45,896 nucleotides of DNA from Leucoraja ocellata (Eukaryota), in assembly GCA_036785375.1 (NCBI GenBank), contig JAWMAR010004588.1, positions 1-45,896 of the forward strand. Reading direction: 5' to 3'. The notes beneath the pieces were generated by a model, which searched no databases, was not told the DNA's origin, and worked only from the letters and a program-made list of their open reading frames with translations. The position numbers and the translations under genes were made by a program. Positions within the stretch are counted from its first letter, which is position 1; each line of letters begins with the position of its first letter. Below, piece after piece: positions 34,161-45,896 of this stretch.

Positions 34161-34509
34161 TTCGTTGTTATCAATATGAGCCGTTCGAACAATATTGGGA
34201 CTGTCCATTCCAATATCAAGATCCATTTATTTATCACATGTCCCAGTTGCTACAGTGAAATGTGTTGTCACCGTACAGCCATACAGATAAAATGTCAATA
34301 TCGAGATTGGTTACAAAAAAGGCAGTAGAGGAAATTGATAACAAAGCAAACACAAAATTCTATTAAAATGTCATGAAGAGGCCGGAAGGAAATGAATGGA
34401 TGGCATAGTGCAGGAGGGGAATTGTAGATCTGTGGAGCGATTGGAGAAATGATCGGCATTAGGGATGATTCATGTGGTGTTGATTTTCAGATGCTGCTTC
34501 CAATGAACA

Positions 34510-35105
34510 AAGAAAGATAGAAACAGAAAATAGGTGCAGGAGTAGGCCATTCGGCCCTTCGAGCCTGTACCGCCATTCAATATGATCATGGCTGATCATC
34601 CAATTCAGTATCCCGTACCTGCCTTCTCTCCATATCCCCTGATCCCTTTAGCCACAAGGGCCACATCTAACTCCCTCGTAAATATAGCCAATGAACTGTG
34701 GCCTCAACTACCCTCTGTGGCAGAGAATTCCACAGATTCACCACTCTCTGTGTGAAAAATGTTTTTTCTCATCTCGGTCCTAAAAGATTTCCCCTTTATC
34801 CTAAAAGATTTCCCCTTTACCACTTGTCCTGGACTTCCCCAACATCGGGAATAATCTTCCTGCATCTAGCCTGTCCAACCCCTTAAGAATTTTGTAAGTT
34901 TCTATAAGATCCCCCCACAATCTTCTAAATTTTAGCGAGTACAAGCCGAGTCTATCCAGTCTTTCTTCATATGATAGTCCTGACATGCCAGGAATCAGTC
35001 TGGTGAACCTTCTCTGCACACCCTCTATGGCAAGAATGTCTTTCCTCAGATTTGGAGACCAAAACTGTACGCAATACTCCAGGTGTGGTCTCACCAAGAC
35101 CCTGT
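34510..35105 (-). mobile_element. CR1 3' fragment
   Basis: [20 protein letters not shown]...; CR1 3' UTR reverse-complemented at 34515-34620. Confidence 0.88.
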
Positions 35106-35239
35106 TGAATGAAGGCACATTCTAACCAATCAATCAATGAGCATATTAGTTGGATAGTGTTTCAATGGACTGGTAGGGCGGATGGTGTAGAAAACTCTAA
35201 TAGAGATATCTGAAGAAATATCACTGTACTCACTCTATA

Positions 35240-36525
35240 CTAACCTGGCCCTCAACACCAGCAAAACTAAGGAATTGGTTGTGGACTTTAGAAGTAGTAG
35301 GATGGGACCCACAGCCCCGTTTATATCAACGGGTCAATGGTTGAAAGGGTCAAGAGCTTCAAATTCCTGGGCATGCACATCTCTGAAGATCTTTCCTGGG
35401 CCGAGAACACTGATGCAATTATTAAGAAAGCACATCAGCGCCTCTACTTCCTGAGAAGATTACGGAGAGTCGGTTTGTCAAGGAGGGCTCTCTCTAACTT
35501 TTACAGGTGCACAGTAGAGAGCATGCTGACTGATTGCATCGTGGCTTGGTTCGACAACTTGAGCACCCTGGAGAGGAAAAGACTACAAAAAGTAGTAAAC
35601 GCTGCCCAGTCCATCATCGGCTCTGACCTTCCTTCCATCGAGGGGATTTATCGCAGTCGCTGCCTCAAAAAGGCTGGCAGTATCATTAAAGACCCACACC
35701 ATCCTGGCCACACACTCATCTCCCTGCTACCTTCAGGTAGAAGGTACAGGAGCCTGAAGACGGATCATCAATCAGGCAAGCAAAATAAGTGGCAAAACTC
35801 AAAATCAATGATCAGTACTCCACACCCAGGCAGTTAAAAGGAAAGCCAATCTCATTACACAGGATCCCACCCACCCTCTGCACAAGTCTTTACAACTTCT
35901 GCCATCAGGCCGCTGATATAAAGTCCCCCTATCCAAGAAAAACATCCACAAAAACTCATTCATACCCATTGCCATAAACAGCTTAAATAAACAATGAACA
36001 ATGGACAAATTAACCCTGACGCATTGTCACTTTACACGTATCCACAACTTTCATCTTGTCTATTTTTACAGTTTTTAATCTTTATATTTGCTTTTAAGAT
36101 CGATACACACTGTGTGTGCTCGCAGAAATCTGTGTTGTATGACTGCTTATCAGTACATTGTCCTGTCTGTATGTTGAGCCACGTCAAAGAAGATTTTCTG
36201 TTACGACAGACAATAAAGTTTTCTGAATCTGAATCTGAATCTGAATCTGAACAACCAGGTTCAGGAATAGCTACTTCCCCACAGCCATCAGGCTATTAAA
36301 CCTGGCTCGGACAAAACTCTGAACAATAATAGCCCATTATCTGTTATTTGCACTTCATCAGTTTATTTATTCATGTGTGTATATATTTATATTACGGTAT
36401 ATGGACACACTGATCTGTTCTGTATTCATGCCTACTATGTTCTGTTGTACTGAAGCAAAGCAAGAATTTCATTGTCCTATCAGGGACACATGACAATAAA
36501 CTCTCTTGAATCTGGAATCTTGAGT
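35240..36525 (+). mobile_element. Rex1/L2-like LINE fragment with a second LINE 3' end (35762-36250, (TCTGAA)n tail) nested inside
   Basis: Outer frame ...LPSGRRYRSLKT breaks at 35761 and resumes TTRFRNSYFPTAIRLL after 36250; the inner piece encodes DPTHPLHKSLQLLPSGR. Confidence 0.8.
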
Positions 36526-36644
36526 TATCTGAGGAGATAGATAGAAACAGTAGTTACCCGATTTGTGAGGAAAACACAAGGAGTATTGAAAATTGTAATG
36601 TGCATATGGGCAATTATAGTTTCCTGTACTCCAACATAGCATTC

Positions 36645-37702
36645 TTCTTAAACTTAAAGCACACGGTATTGGGGGATCAGCATTGATGTGGATAGACACT
36701 GGCTGGCAGACAGGAAGCAAAGAGTAGGAGTAAACGGATCCTTTTCACAATGGTAGGCAGTGACTAGTGGGGTACCGCAAGGCTCAGTGCTGGGACCTCA
36801 GCTATTTACAATATATATTAAAGATTTGGACGAGGGAATTGAATGCAATCTCCAAGTTTGCGGATGACACGAAGCTGGGGGGCAGCGTGAGCCGCGCAGC
36901 TTCCACAGTTTAAGGATAAGGGGGAAATTGTTATTTAAATGGTGGCCGATTAGGAAAAGGGGAGATGCAACGAGACCTGGGTGTCATGGTACACCAGTCA
37001 TTGAAAGTGGGCATGCAGGTGCAGCAGGCAGTGAAGAAAGCGAATGGTATGTTAGCATTCATAACAAAAGGATTTGAGTATAGGGGCAGGGAGGTTCTAC
37101 TGCAGTTGTACAGGGTCTTGGTGAGACCACACCTGGAGTATTGTGTTCAGTTTTTGTCTCCTAATCTGAGGAAAGACATTCTTGCCATAGAGGGAGTACA
37201 GAGAAGGTTCATCAGACTGATTCCTGGGATGTCAGGACTTTCATATGAAGAAAGACTGGATAGACTCGGCTTGTACTCGCTAGAATTTAGAAGATTGAAG
37301 AGGGATCTTATAGAAACTTACAAAATTCTTAAGGGGTTGGACAGGCTAGATGCAGGTAGATTGTTCCCGATGTTGGGGAAGTCCAGAACAAGGGGTCACA
37401 GTTTAAGGATAAGGGGGAAATCTTTTAGGACCGAGATGAGGAAAACATTTTTCACACAGAGAGTGGTGAATCTCTGGAACTCTGCCACAGAAGGTAGCTG
37501 AGGCCAGTTCATTGGCTATATTTGAGAGGGAGTTAGATGTGGCCCTTGTGGCTAAAGGGATCAGGGGGTATGGAGAGAAGGCAGGTACAGGATACTGAGT
37601 TGGATGATCAGCCATGATCATATTGAATGGCGGTGCAGGCTCGAAGGGCCGAATGGCCTACTCCTGCACCTATTTTCTATGTTCTATGTTTCTATGTTTC
37701 TA
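36645..37702 (+). mobile_element. CR1 RT fragment with internal deletion
   Basis: [21 protein letters not shown]...; (TTTCTATG)n tail. Confidence 0.88.
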
Positions 37703-38974
37703 TGACTTGAATTTTAATTTATCATTGTATTTTCTATGCATCTGTGAATTTGTCACCTGTGGCATTCAAATGTATGCATTGATCCCAGCCATTGTTGGTA
37801 AATAAAAGGATATGATACACGTTCTCAGTTAACCTCGGTTTGTAGAAAATATTATTGACTAACATCATCCATATGCACTTCAACTTTATTTTTACAGGAG
37901 AGAATGTTGACAATTTAAAATAAATGTTTCTGATGTCATCTGTTCAGAGATTTGCATTTCTTTCTCACTTTATCTGTTTCTCGCCTCTGGGGAAACATTG
38001 ATTCTGTTTCTGTCCTTCAGTAAACAAACCTGGGTTGGGGCTGTTGAAATCAGCGTATATTTAAATCTGCTCATCTCTGTTTCCAGCCATTTTTAGACCA
38101 ACACAAACAAGGCAATGAAGGTATCATTCTCGATGGCAATTATATGTTTTAATGAAGGTACACAAAATTGTTGGAGAAACTCAGCGGGTGCAGCAGCATC
38201 TATGGAGTGAGGAAAATAGGCGACGTTTCGGGCCGAAACCCTTAATGATATTGGCAGTTGGCGCAAATCAACTGAATTCTCACAGGGAGTCTATTTTATC
38301 ATATCTTGTTCAAATAAAATGATGTGATTTTATATTACGGATTCACTCCAGAATATTAGTTTGCTGTTCACTTGAATCTCCACTTGAAGAAATATCTAAG
38401 CACGCGAGGTCAATGGAGGAATCGAGTTCTTTCCACATCTCCACTGTAGGTNNNNNNNNNNNNNNNNNNNNNNNNNNNNNNNNNNNNNNNNNNNNNNNNN
38501 NNNNNNNNNNNNNNNNNNNNNNNNNNNNNNNNNNNNNNNNNNNNNNNNNNNNNNNNNNNNNNNNNNNNNNNNNNNNNNNNNNNNNNNNNNNNNNNNNNNN
38601 NNNNNNNNNNNNNNNNNNNNNNNNNNNNNNNNNNNNNNNNNNNNNNNNNNNNNNNNNNNNNNNNNNNNNNNNNNNNNNNNNNNNNNNNNNNNNNNNNNNN
38701 NNNNNNNNNNNNNNNNNNNNNNNNNNNNNNNNNNNNNNNNNNNNNNNNNNNNNNNNNNNNNNNNNNNNNNNNNNNNNNNNNNNNNNNNNNNNNNNNNNNN
38801 NNNNNNNNNNNNNNNNNNNNNNNNNNNNNNNNNNNNNNNNNNNNNNNNNNNNNNNNNNNNNNNNNNNNNNNNNNNNNNNNNNNNNNNNNNNNNNNNNNNN
38901 NNNNNNNNNNNNNNNNNNNNNNNNNNNNNNNNNNNNNCGCCATGTACTTCCAGGCCCAAGTAAGAATTTAATTG

Positions 38975-40000
38975 TCATTTGTCACTGCCTGGCATTCTGA
39001 AAAGGACCAGTTATGCCTACTCTTTGCTTCCTGTCTGACAACCAGTTCTCTATCCATGTCAATACCCTTCCCCCATTACCATGTGATCTAATTATGCACA
39101 CTAGTCTCTTGTGTGGGACCTTGTCAAAGGTTTTTTGAAAGTCCAGATACACCACATCTACTGGCTCTCCCTTATCCATTCTACTTGTTGCTTCCTCAAA
39201 AAATTCCAGAAGATTAGTCAAGCATGATTTCCCTTCATAAAGCCATGCAGACTTTGACCAATCCTGTCACTGTTTTCCAAATGCGCTGCTATAACATCTT
39301 TAATAATTGACTCCAGCATCTTCCCCACGACCGATGTAAGGCTAACTGGTCTATAATTCCCCGTTTTCTCTCTCCCTCCTTTCTTAAAAAGTGGAGTTAC
39401 AACGGCTGCACTTCAGTCTACAGGAACGGATCCAGTCGGGAGAATATTGGAAAATGATCACCATTGCATTCACAATTTCTAGAGCCACCTGCTTGAGTAC
39501 TCTGGGATGCAGACCAACAGGCCCTGGGGATTTATTTGTCTTCAGCCCCAACAGTTTGCATACACCATTTCCTGACTAATGTGGGTTCCCTTCAGTTCCT
39601 CCCTCCCACTAAATCCTCGGTCCCCTCGTATTTCTGGGAGATTGTTTGTGTCTTTCTTAGTAAATACTGAACCAACGTACTCATTTAACTGATCTGCCAT
39701 TTCCTTGCTTTCCATTAGAAATTCACCTGTCTCTGATTGTAAGTGACCTAAGTTTTCTTCACTGATCTTTTCCTTTTTACATATCTAAAGAAGCAATTGC
39801 AGTCAGTGTTAATATTCCCCGCAAGCGTTCTTTCATGTTCTCTTTTCCCGCTCTTAATTAACCCTTTTTTCCCTCCCATGTTGAGTTCTAAATTTCTCCC
39901 AGTCCTCTGGCCAATTTATATAACCTCTTCCCTGGATTTAACACTATCCTTGATTTCCCTCGTTAGTCACGTTGAGCCGCCTTCCCCATATTGTTTCTTT
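38975..40000 (-). mobile_element. Degenerate CR1 fragment
   Basis: TNLLEFFEEATSRMDKGEPVDVVYLDFQKTFDKVPHKRL on the minus strand. Confidence 0.85.
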
Positions 40001-40069
40001 CTCCAGCCGGGGATGAACACATTTTGGAATTCAGCCACCATTCAATGATCATCAATGATAGGCTGTTTT

Positions 40070-42185
40070 ATACAGTAAATTGCTAGATACTGAAGGACAT
40101 GGATGTGCTGAGGGATCTTGGAGTCCAAGTTCATAGCTCACTGCAGTTGGCAGCACATGTAGATGGTAAAGTGGATGTATGGTATACTTGCGTTCATTGC
40201 TAGAGGTGTTGAGCATAAGGGTCAGGAACATGATGCAGTTCTATATGACTTTGATGAGGCAGTAATTGGAGTATTGAGTACAGATCCGATCGCCCCATTA
40301 AAGGGAAGAAATTGAGGTTTTGGAGAGGGTACAAAACAGGTTAACCAGAATTATACTGCATCTGCCATGCATTTGCCCACTAACCCAGCCTATCCAAGTC
40401 ACCTTGCAGCCTCCTAGCATCCTCTTAACCAGGTTAACCAGAATGCTGCCTGGATCAGCCACAGGGAGAGATTGGATACCCGTGGATTGCTTTCTCTGGA
40501 ATGTCGGAGGTTCGTGGGGGACTTGATAGACGTATATACAATGATGAGAGTCATTGAAACGGTAGATATTTAGTATCATTTTCAAGGATGGAAATGTCCA
40601 ACATGAGAAGACGTAGCTATAAGGTGTGAGGGAGAACGTTGAATGCAGATGAGTGAGGCAAGTATTTTACATGGAAGGTACGGACCAGGAACACATGATG
40701 GTGGTGTGGGTGGATATGATAGCGGTGTTTAAGAGGCTCATTGTAGGTACAGGGAAGTGCAGAGAGTACAAGGATATGGATCAGGACAGGCAGGTCAGTG
40801 GGCTTAATGTTTGCTACAAACATTGCATTCTTAAGGTTCCTGAGGATTTGTACGAGGGAATTGAATGCAACATCTCCAAGTTTGCAGATGACACGAAACA
40901 GGGGGGCAGTGTTAGCTGTGAGGAGGATGCTAGGAGGCTGCAAGGTGACTTGGATAGGCTGGGTGAGTGAACAAATGCATGGCAGGTGCAGTATAATGTG
41001 GATAAACGTGAGGTTATCCACTTTGGTGGCAAAAACAGGAAAGTAGACTATTATCTGAATGGTGGTCGATTAGGAAAAGGGGAGATGCAACGAGACCTGG
41101 GTGTCATGGTACACCAGTCATTAAAAGTAGGCATGCAGGTGCAGCAGGCAGTGAAGAAAGCAAATGGCATGTTAGCATTCATAGCAAAAGGATTTGAGTA
41201 TGGAAGCAGGGAGGTTCTACTGCAGTTGTACAGGATTTTGGTGAGACCACACCTGGAGTATTGCGTAAAGTTTTGGTCTCCTAAACTGTGGAAAGACATT
41301 CTTGCCATAGAGGAAGTACAGAGAAGGTTCACCAGACTGATTCCTGGGATGTCGGGACTTTCATATGAAGAAAGACTGGATAGACTCGGCTTGTACTCGC
41401 TAGAATTTAGGAGATTGAGGGGAGATCTTATAGAAACTTACAAAATTCTTAAGGGGTTGGACAGGCTAGATGCAGGAAGATTGTTTCCGATGTTGGGGAA
41501 GTCCAGAACAAGGGGCCACACACAGTTCACCCCCTCTCCTCTTCCCCTCCGCTCCTCTGCCCACACTCTCTACACCACCCCCCCATCCCCCCACTTGGTC
41601 TAGTATTTCCTAAATGTTGTGTTTGTCCCTACCTCCAGCATCCTCCTTCCTCCTAATCTGAGGAAAGACATTCTTGCCATAGAGGGAGTACAGAGAAGGT
41701 TCACCAGACTGATTCCTGGGATGTAAGGACTTTCATATGAAGAAAGACTGGATAGACTCGGCTTGTAATCGCTAGAATTTAGAAGATTGAGGGGGGATCT
41801 TATAGAAACTTACAACATTCTTAAGGGGTTGGACAGGCTAGATGCAGGAAGATTGTTTCCGATGTTGGGGAAGTCCAGAACAAGGGGTCACAGTTCAAGG
41901 ATAAAGGGGGAAATCTTTTTGGACCGAGATGAGAAAAACATTTTTCACACAGAGAGTGGTGAATCTCTGGAATTCTTTGCCGCAGAAGGTAGTTGATGCC
42001 AGTTCATTGGCTATATTTAAGAGGGAGTTAGATGTGGCCCTTGTGGCTAAAGGGATCAGGGGGTATGGAGAGAAGGCAGGTACAGGGTACTGAGTTGGAT
42101 GATCAGCCATGATTATATTGAATGGCGGTGCTGGCTCGAAGGGCCGAATGGCCTACTCCTGCACCTATTTTCTATGTTTCTATGT
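40070..42185 (+). mobile_element. Cluster of CR1 fragments (old 40070-40810; young 40840-41520 and 41651-42185)
   Basis: Repeated RT C-terminal peptides; 41651-41890 re-covers 41280-41520; CR1 tail at 42170-42185. Confidence 0.85.
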
Positions 42186-43169
42186 TGCGTTACAGCCAAC
42201 ATTCAATAAATCTCTGCACCTGTGTATATATTTTTAGCCTATTTTCTGTATTCACCACAATCAGAGGCAACATGCATTTTACCTGTTTATATCATGTTGT
42301 TTATTTAATCTCACGATATCATCATCATATTCATACTTTATTAGCCAAGTATGTTTTGCAACACACGAGGAATTTGTTTTGCCGTACAGTCATACCAATA
42401 AAAAGCAATAGAACACACAAAATACATTAGAACATGAACATCCACCACAGTGACTCCTCCACATTCCTCACTGTGTTGGAAGGCAAAAATTGTTCAACCT
42501 CTTCCCTTCTTTGATCTCCCATGGTTCTGGGCCTCGAGCTTCCGTTGATCTAGAGTCCTGTAGCCGGCGGTGGTCCCTCCGCATCAGGGTGATCAAGCTC
42601 CTGTATCAGGGGATCTCAGCTCCCCATGCCAGGCGATCTGACCCCCAGGTTGGGGCTGGTTAAACCTTCTGTGTCGTTGGAGCTTACCGACTCGGTCTCT
42701 CCCGAGACTGTGAGCTCTTTGATGTTAAAGTCCGCAGGCTGTGGTTGGAGCGTCGATCCAAGGCAAGGGATCGGCTGCGATGTAAGTCCACGGCCCCGCG
42801 GTGGGGCACAAAGTCAGTCCCGAGCAAGGCCGCCAGCTCCATGATGTTAGGCCGCAGAGCGACCGGAGATATGATCCGGAAAACAATCGCATCTCCGGCA
42901 AGGTAAGAGATTGAAAAAAACTTTCCCCTGACCCCATCCCTCATCCCCCACATAAAACAAACCAGAGAACATTAGCACAAACCTTCAAAACACACAAAAA
43001 TAATAAAAACGACGATATATTGTCCAACTTGTTGTTTTATTTAACCTTGTCTTTGCCCCGCATAAACCATATTAGACCTACCCCCATATTCATTAAACTC
43101 ACTGTACATGAAAAGGTAATAATGATCCGCTCTTTTCACAATGTATCGTGTTTTCTTTTCTCATATTTA

Positions 43170-43498
43170 GTTTTGTTTAGTTTGGAGACACAGCGCGGAA
43201 ACAAGCCCTTCGGACCTCCGATTCCACGCCGACCAGTGGCCCCCATACACCAGCACTATCCAACGCACTAGGGACAATCTACATTCCTTTCCAAAGCCAA
43301 TTAACCAACAAAGCTACACGTCTTTGGAGTGTGGGAGGAAACCGGAACAGCCGGAGAAAACGCACGCGGTCACATGGAGAACGGACATACACCGTACAGA
43401 CAGCCTCCAGTCAGGATTGAATCTGGATCTCTGGTGCTGTAAGGCAGCAACTCTACCACTATGCCAGCCTGTCATCCCATATGCCACTGTGCCACCCC
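43170..43498 (-). mobile_element. tRNA-derived V-SINE (HE1-like)
   Basis: Minus strand A-box-like TGGCATAGTGG, B-box-like GATTCAATCC, V-domain GCGTTTTCTCCGGCTGTTCCGGTTTCCTCCCACACTCCAAAGAC, (TAAAC)-like tail. Confidence 0.8.
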
Positions 43499-44329
43499 CT
43501 ATATCTACTATAATAGACAATGTCATTATTTATGGGCTGTATTTATTTATATAACATTTGGAATCTCTAAACTAAAAACATAAATTAACTATAATACCAT
43601 GAAGCACAATTCCATGTCACATTAGGCCTTACGTCTCCATACCTTACACTGAAACACGCATTCATCTGCCAAGCCCAACATCTGTCTCAACCTTCTGTAT
43701 CTTACACTGAGCACACTCCCCAATAGTCTTGCAAAGACACTATATAGACCATAGAAATGTACAGCACAGTTTCATGTCTTTCGACTCACAATCTCTCTAC
43801 TAAATATAATGCCAAGATAAACTAATCTCACCTATGTGCAAATGATTCACATCCCGCCACTCTCTGCATATCCATATGCCTGTTTAAATCCTTCTGGTAC
43901 ATTACACAATGTGTTTCAAGCACCTATCCACTTCATATGCTGCACTAGGTCTACAATAATTACACCCCAAAATGCCGCCGGCTGTAAAGCACGAGGGCGC
44001 GTCTATATTTATTTCAGACTGTATTAATCCTACAGAGACTGTAGCAGTCTGGAATAAAGTTATCCGTGTTGGCAAGTTGGGTTAAGGCCACATATTTTCT
44101 CAGTTGCACTACCGGACCTGGGCTGCGCCACTTTTTATGCAACAAATATACAAAAATACAACAAGTATTTGAAAATTGTGAATAAACTTTATCAACAGAT
44201 ATAATCACTTTGGTTCTCGGTTAAAAGAAAGATGGAAACCTGCAATGATGGAAATACTGCACCTTGCATCTATTTTAATGTCACCGTAAATTATCTATCT
44301 TTATAGATGCAGAAAATCTCAAAGCACTT

Positions 44330-45000
44330 GACTTTGTGGCCAAGTTAGCAGATGATATGAACGTAGGTAGAGGGACAGGTAGTGTAGAGGATCAGGAGCC
44401 TGCAGATGAACTGGACATGTTGGTAGAATGGGCCAACAAGGATATGGAAAATGTTGAGCCATGTTTGGGCCCATATCTGTGGAGGGATAAGCTGGCCTTG
44501 GATAGGGTTCCAATGAGGCTGAGAATAATGATCTGTGGGTGATTGGGGTAACCTATGATGAGCGTATGACGACGCTAGGCCTATGTACGCTGGACTTTAA
44601 AACGATGTGGTGAGACCTTATTGCGACTGATTGAAGATTGAAAGGCCTGAGGAGGGTTGATGTGGAGAGGGTGTTTCCACTCATTGCAAAGTCTAGGATA
44701 TGAGAGCACAGCCTCAGTGTAAAAGTACATAGACTTAGAAAGGAAATGAGGAATTTCTTTGGTCAGCGGTGAATCTGTGGAATTCATTGCCACAGGCAGC
44801 CGTGGAGGCCAAGTTATATGGTTATGTTTTCAAGCAGAGATTGGCAGATTTGTGTTTAGTTAGGAAGTCAAGGGCTTTGGCAGAAAGGCAGCAGAATGGG
44901 TACGAGAGAGAAAGATAAACCATTGAATGGCGGAGTAGACTCGATGGGCCGAATGATATAATTATGCTGCTATGATTCATGAATATCTGAACTTATGAAT
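44330..45000 (+). mobile_element. Old degenerate CR1 fragment
   Basis: AKLADDMNV (FADD-like) and decayed RT C-terminus and 3' UTR. Confidence 0.7.
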
Positions 45001-45118
45001 GTACACTGAATCACCAGAGAAAATGTAGTAAAATAATGCACTAGACATCGACAAGTCACGTGGACCCAATGACCTGAATGTGAGCGTTAGAAATAAGTAG
45101 ATGTAGACAAAGAGAGAG

Positions 45119-45150
45119 TATAATAATAATAATAATAATAATCTTTATTT
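45119..45150. repeat. (TAA)n microsatellite plus TTTATT, probable tail of a minus-strand LINE
   Basis: TAATAATAATAATAATAATAATCTTTATTT. Confidence 0.6.
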
Positions 45151-45896
45151 ATATAGCACTTTTCAACAAAACCAGTATTTGAACCAAAGTGCTTTACAGA
45201 GATTGATTAAATTAATTGAACAGATCAAATGTCAATAAATCCATACAAAACAAAAAAGAGAAAAAAGAAAAAGACACAGAACAGTACACTATAGAAATCA
45301 ACATGAAACGTCCCCCCACAGCAGAATTCACTGTGAGGGAAGGCACTAAAAAATATCCAGTTCTCCCCCTCATAGTCCACCCGAGGTCGGGGTCATCGTG
45401 GCCTCCTCAGCCAACTTGATGTTCTCAGGCCCTCTGCCGCGAAGCTGGATCATCGGCGTTCGGTGAACATTCTTCAGCGGTCTGGACTGAAGCGGCCGCT
45501 TCCTCCCTGAAGACTGCAATGTCCAAAGTTCTCAGGCCGCGCTGGCCTGTATGGATTATAATATATTACAAAATGACGTAACATTGTGGGAAAACTCTAA
45601 TTGAGTTAAAACTACAAAAGTGACCACGATTAAGAAGGAGGAGAGTCAGAAATGAGCACGAACAATGTCAACTAGTCGAACATCGCTCAGAGGGGAGATA
45701 TTGAATGCCATGATTAAATAGATAATATCCGGGTGCTTAGGGTTTATAACCGCTTCTAACAGATTGTTCATCATTTTTTGAAAAAGCAACGATATTTGAC
45801 AAAGTTGTTGTTAGTCTTTGAAGATGGAATGTATGTCCTGGTTTGTTTTTGGATGAGATACTTGCATAGATCAGTGATGATATTGTTTACAATGCA

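Noticed and set aside
42340-43000. GC-rich segment with short ORFs
   Set aside because: Begins with a TTTATT tail-like motif and looks like an unclassified minus-strand repeat; no domain or exon structure that I can support.

Overview
Vertebrate genomic DNA from a cartilaginous fish, most likely a skate or ray (judged from the IgM C-region sequence and the repeat content). It holds one complete, germline-configured, cluster-type immunoglobulin mu heavy-chain gene on the minus strand (~12.7-33.5 kb): leader, VH, D1, D2, JH (23 / 12-22 / 12-12 / 23 RSS), CH1-CH4 with secretory tailpiece, TM1 and TM2. All exons are open with canonical GT-AG sites in compatible phase. The CH4-TM1 intron contains a full-length, structurally complete DIRS1-type tyrosine-recombinase retrotransposon (14597-19409; ITRs, ICR, gag, RT-RH-MT, YR) with only two visible lesions. 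The rest is dense, often nested retroelement sequence: one full-length CR1, many CR1 and Rex1/L2-like fragments, Penelope-like elements with hammerhead motifs, V-SINEs and a hAT MITE, plus four assembly gaps. Best leads: (1) an apparent retrovirus-like alternative-splicing design for expressing DIRS pol and recombinase; (2) a palindromic DIRS target site; (3) an inverted pair of octamer-bearing segments in the JH-CH1 intron as a candidate intronic enhancer; (4) non-canonical residues in VH (conserved Trp to Leu) and in the TM (YS to YG). Coordinates were counted by hand and repeat boundaries are approximate.
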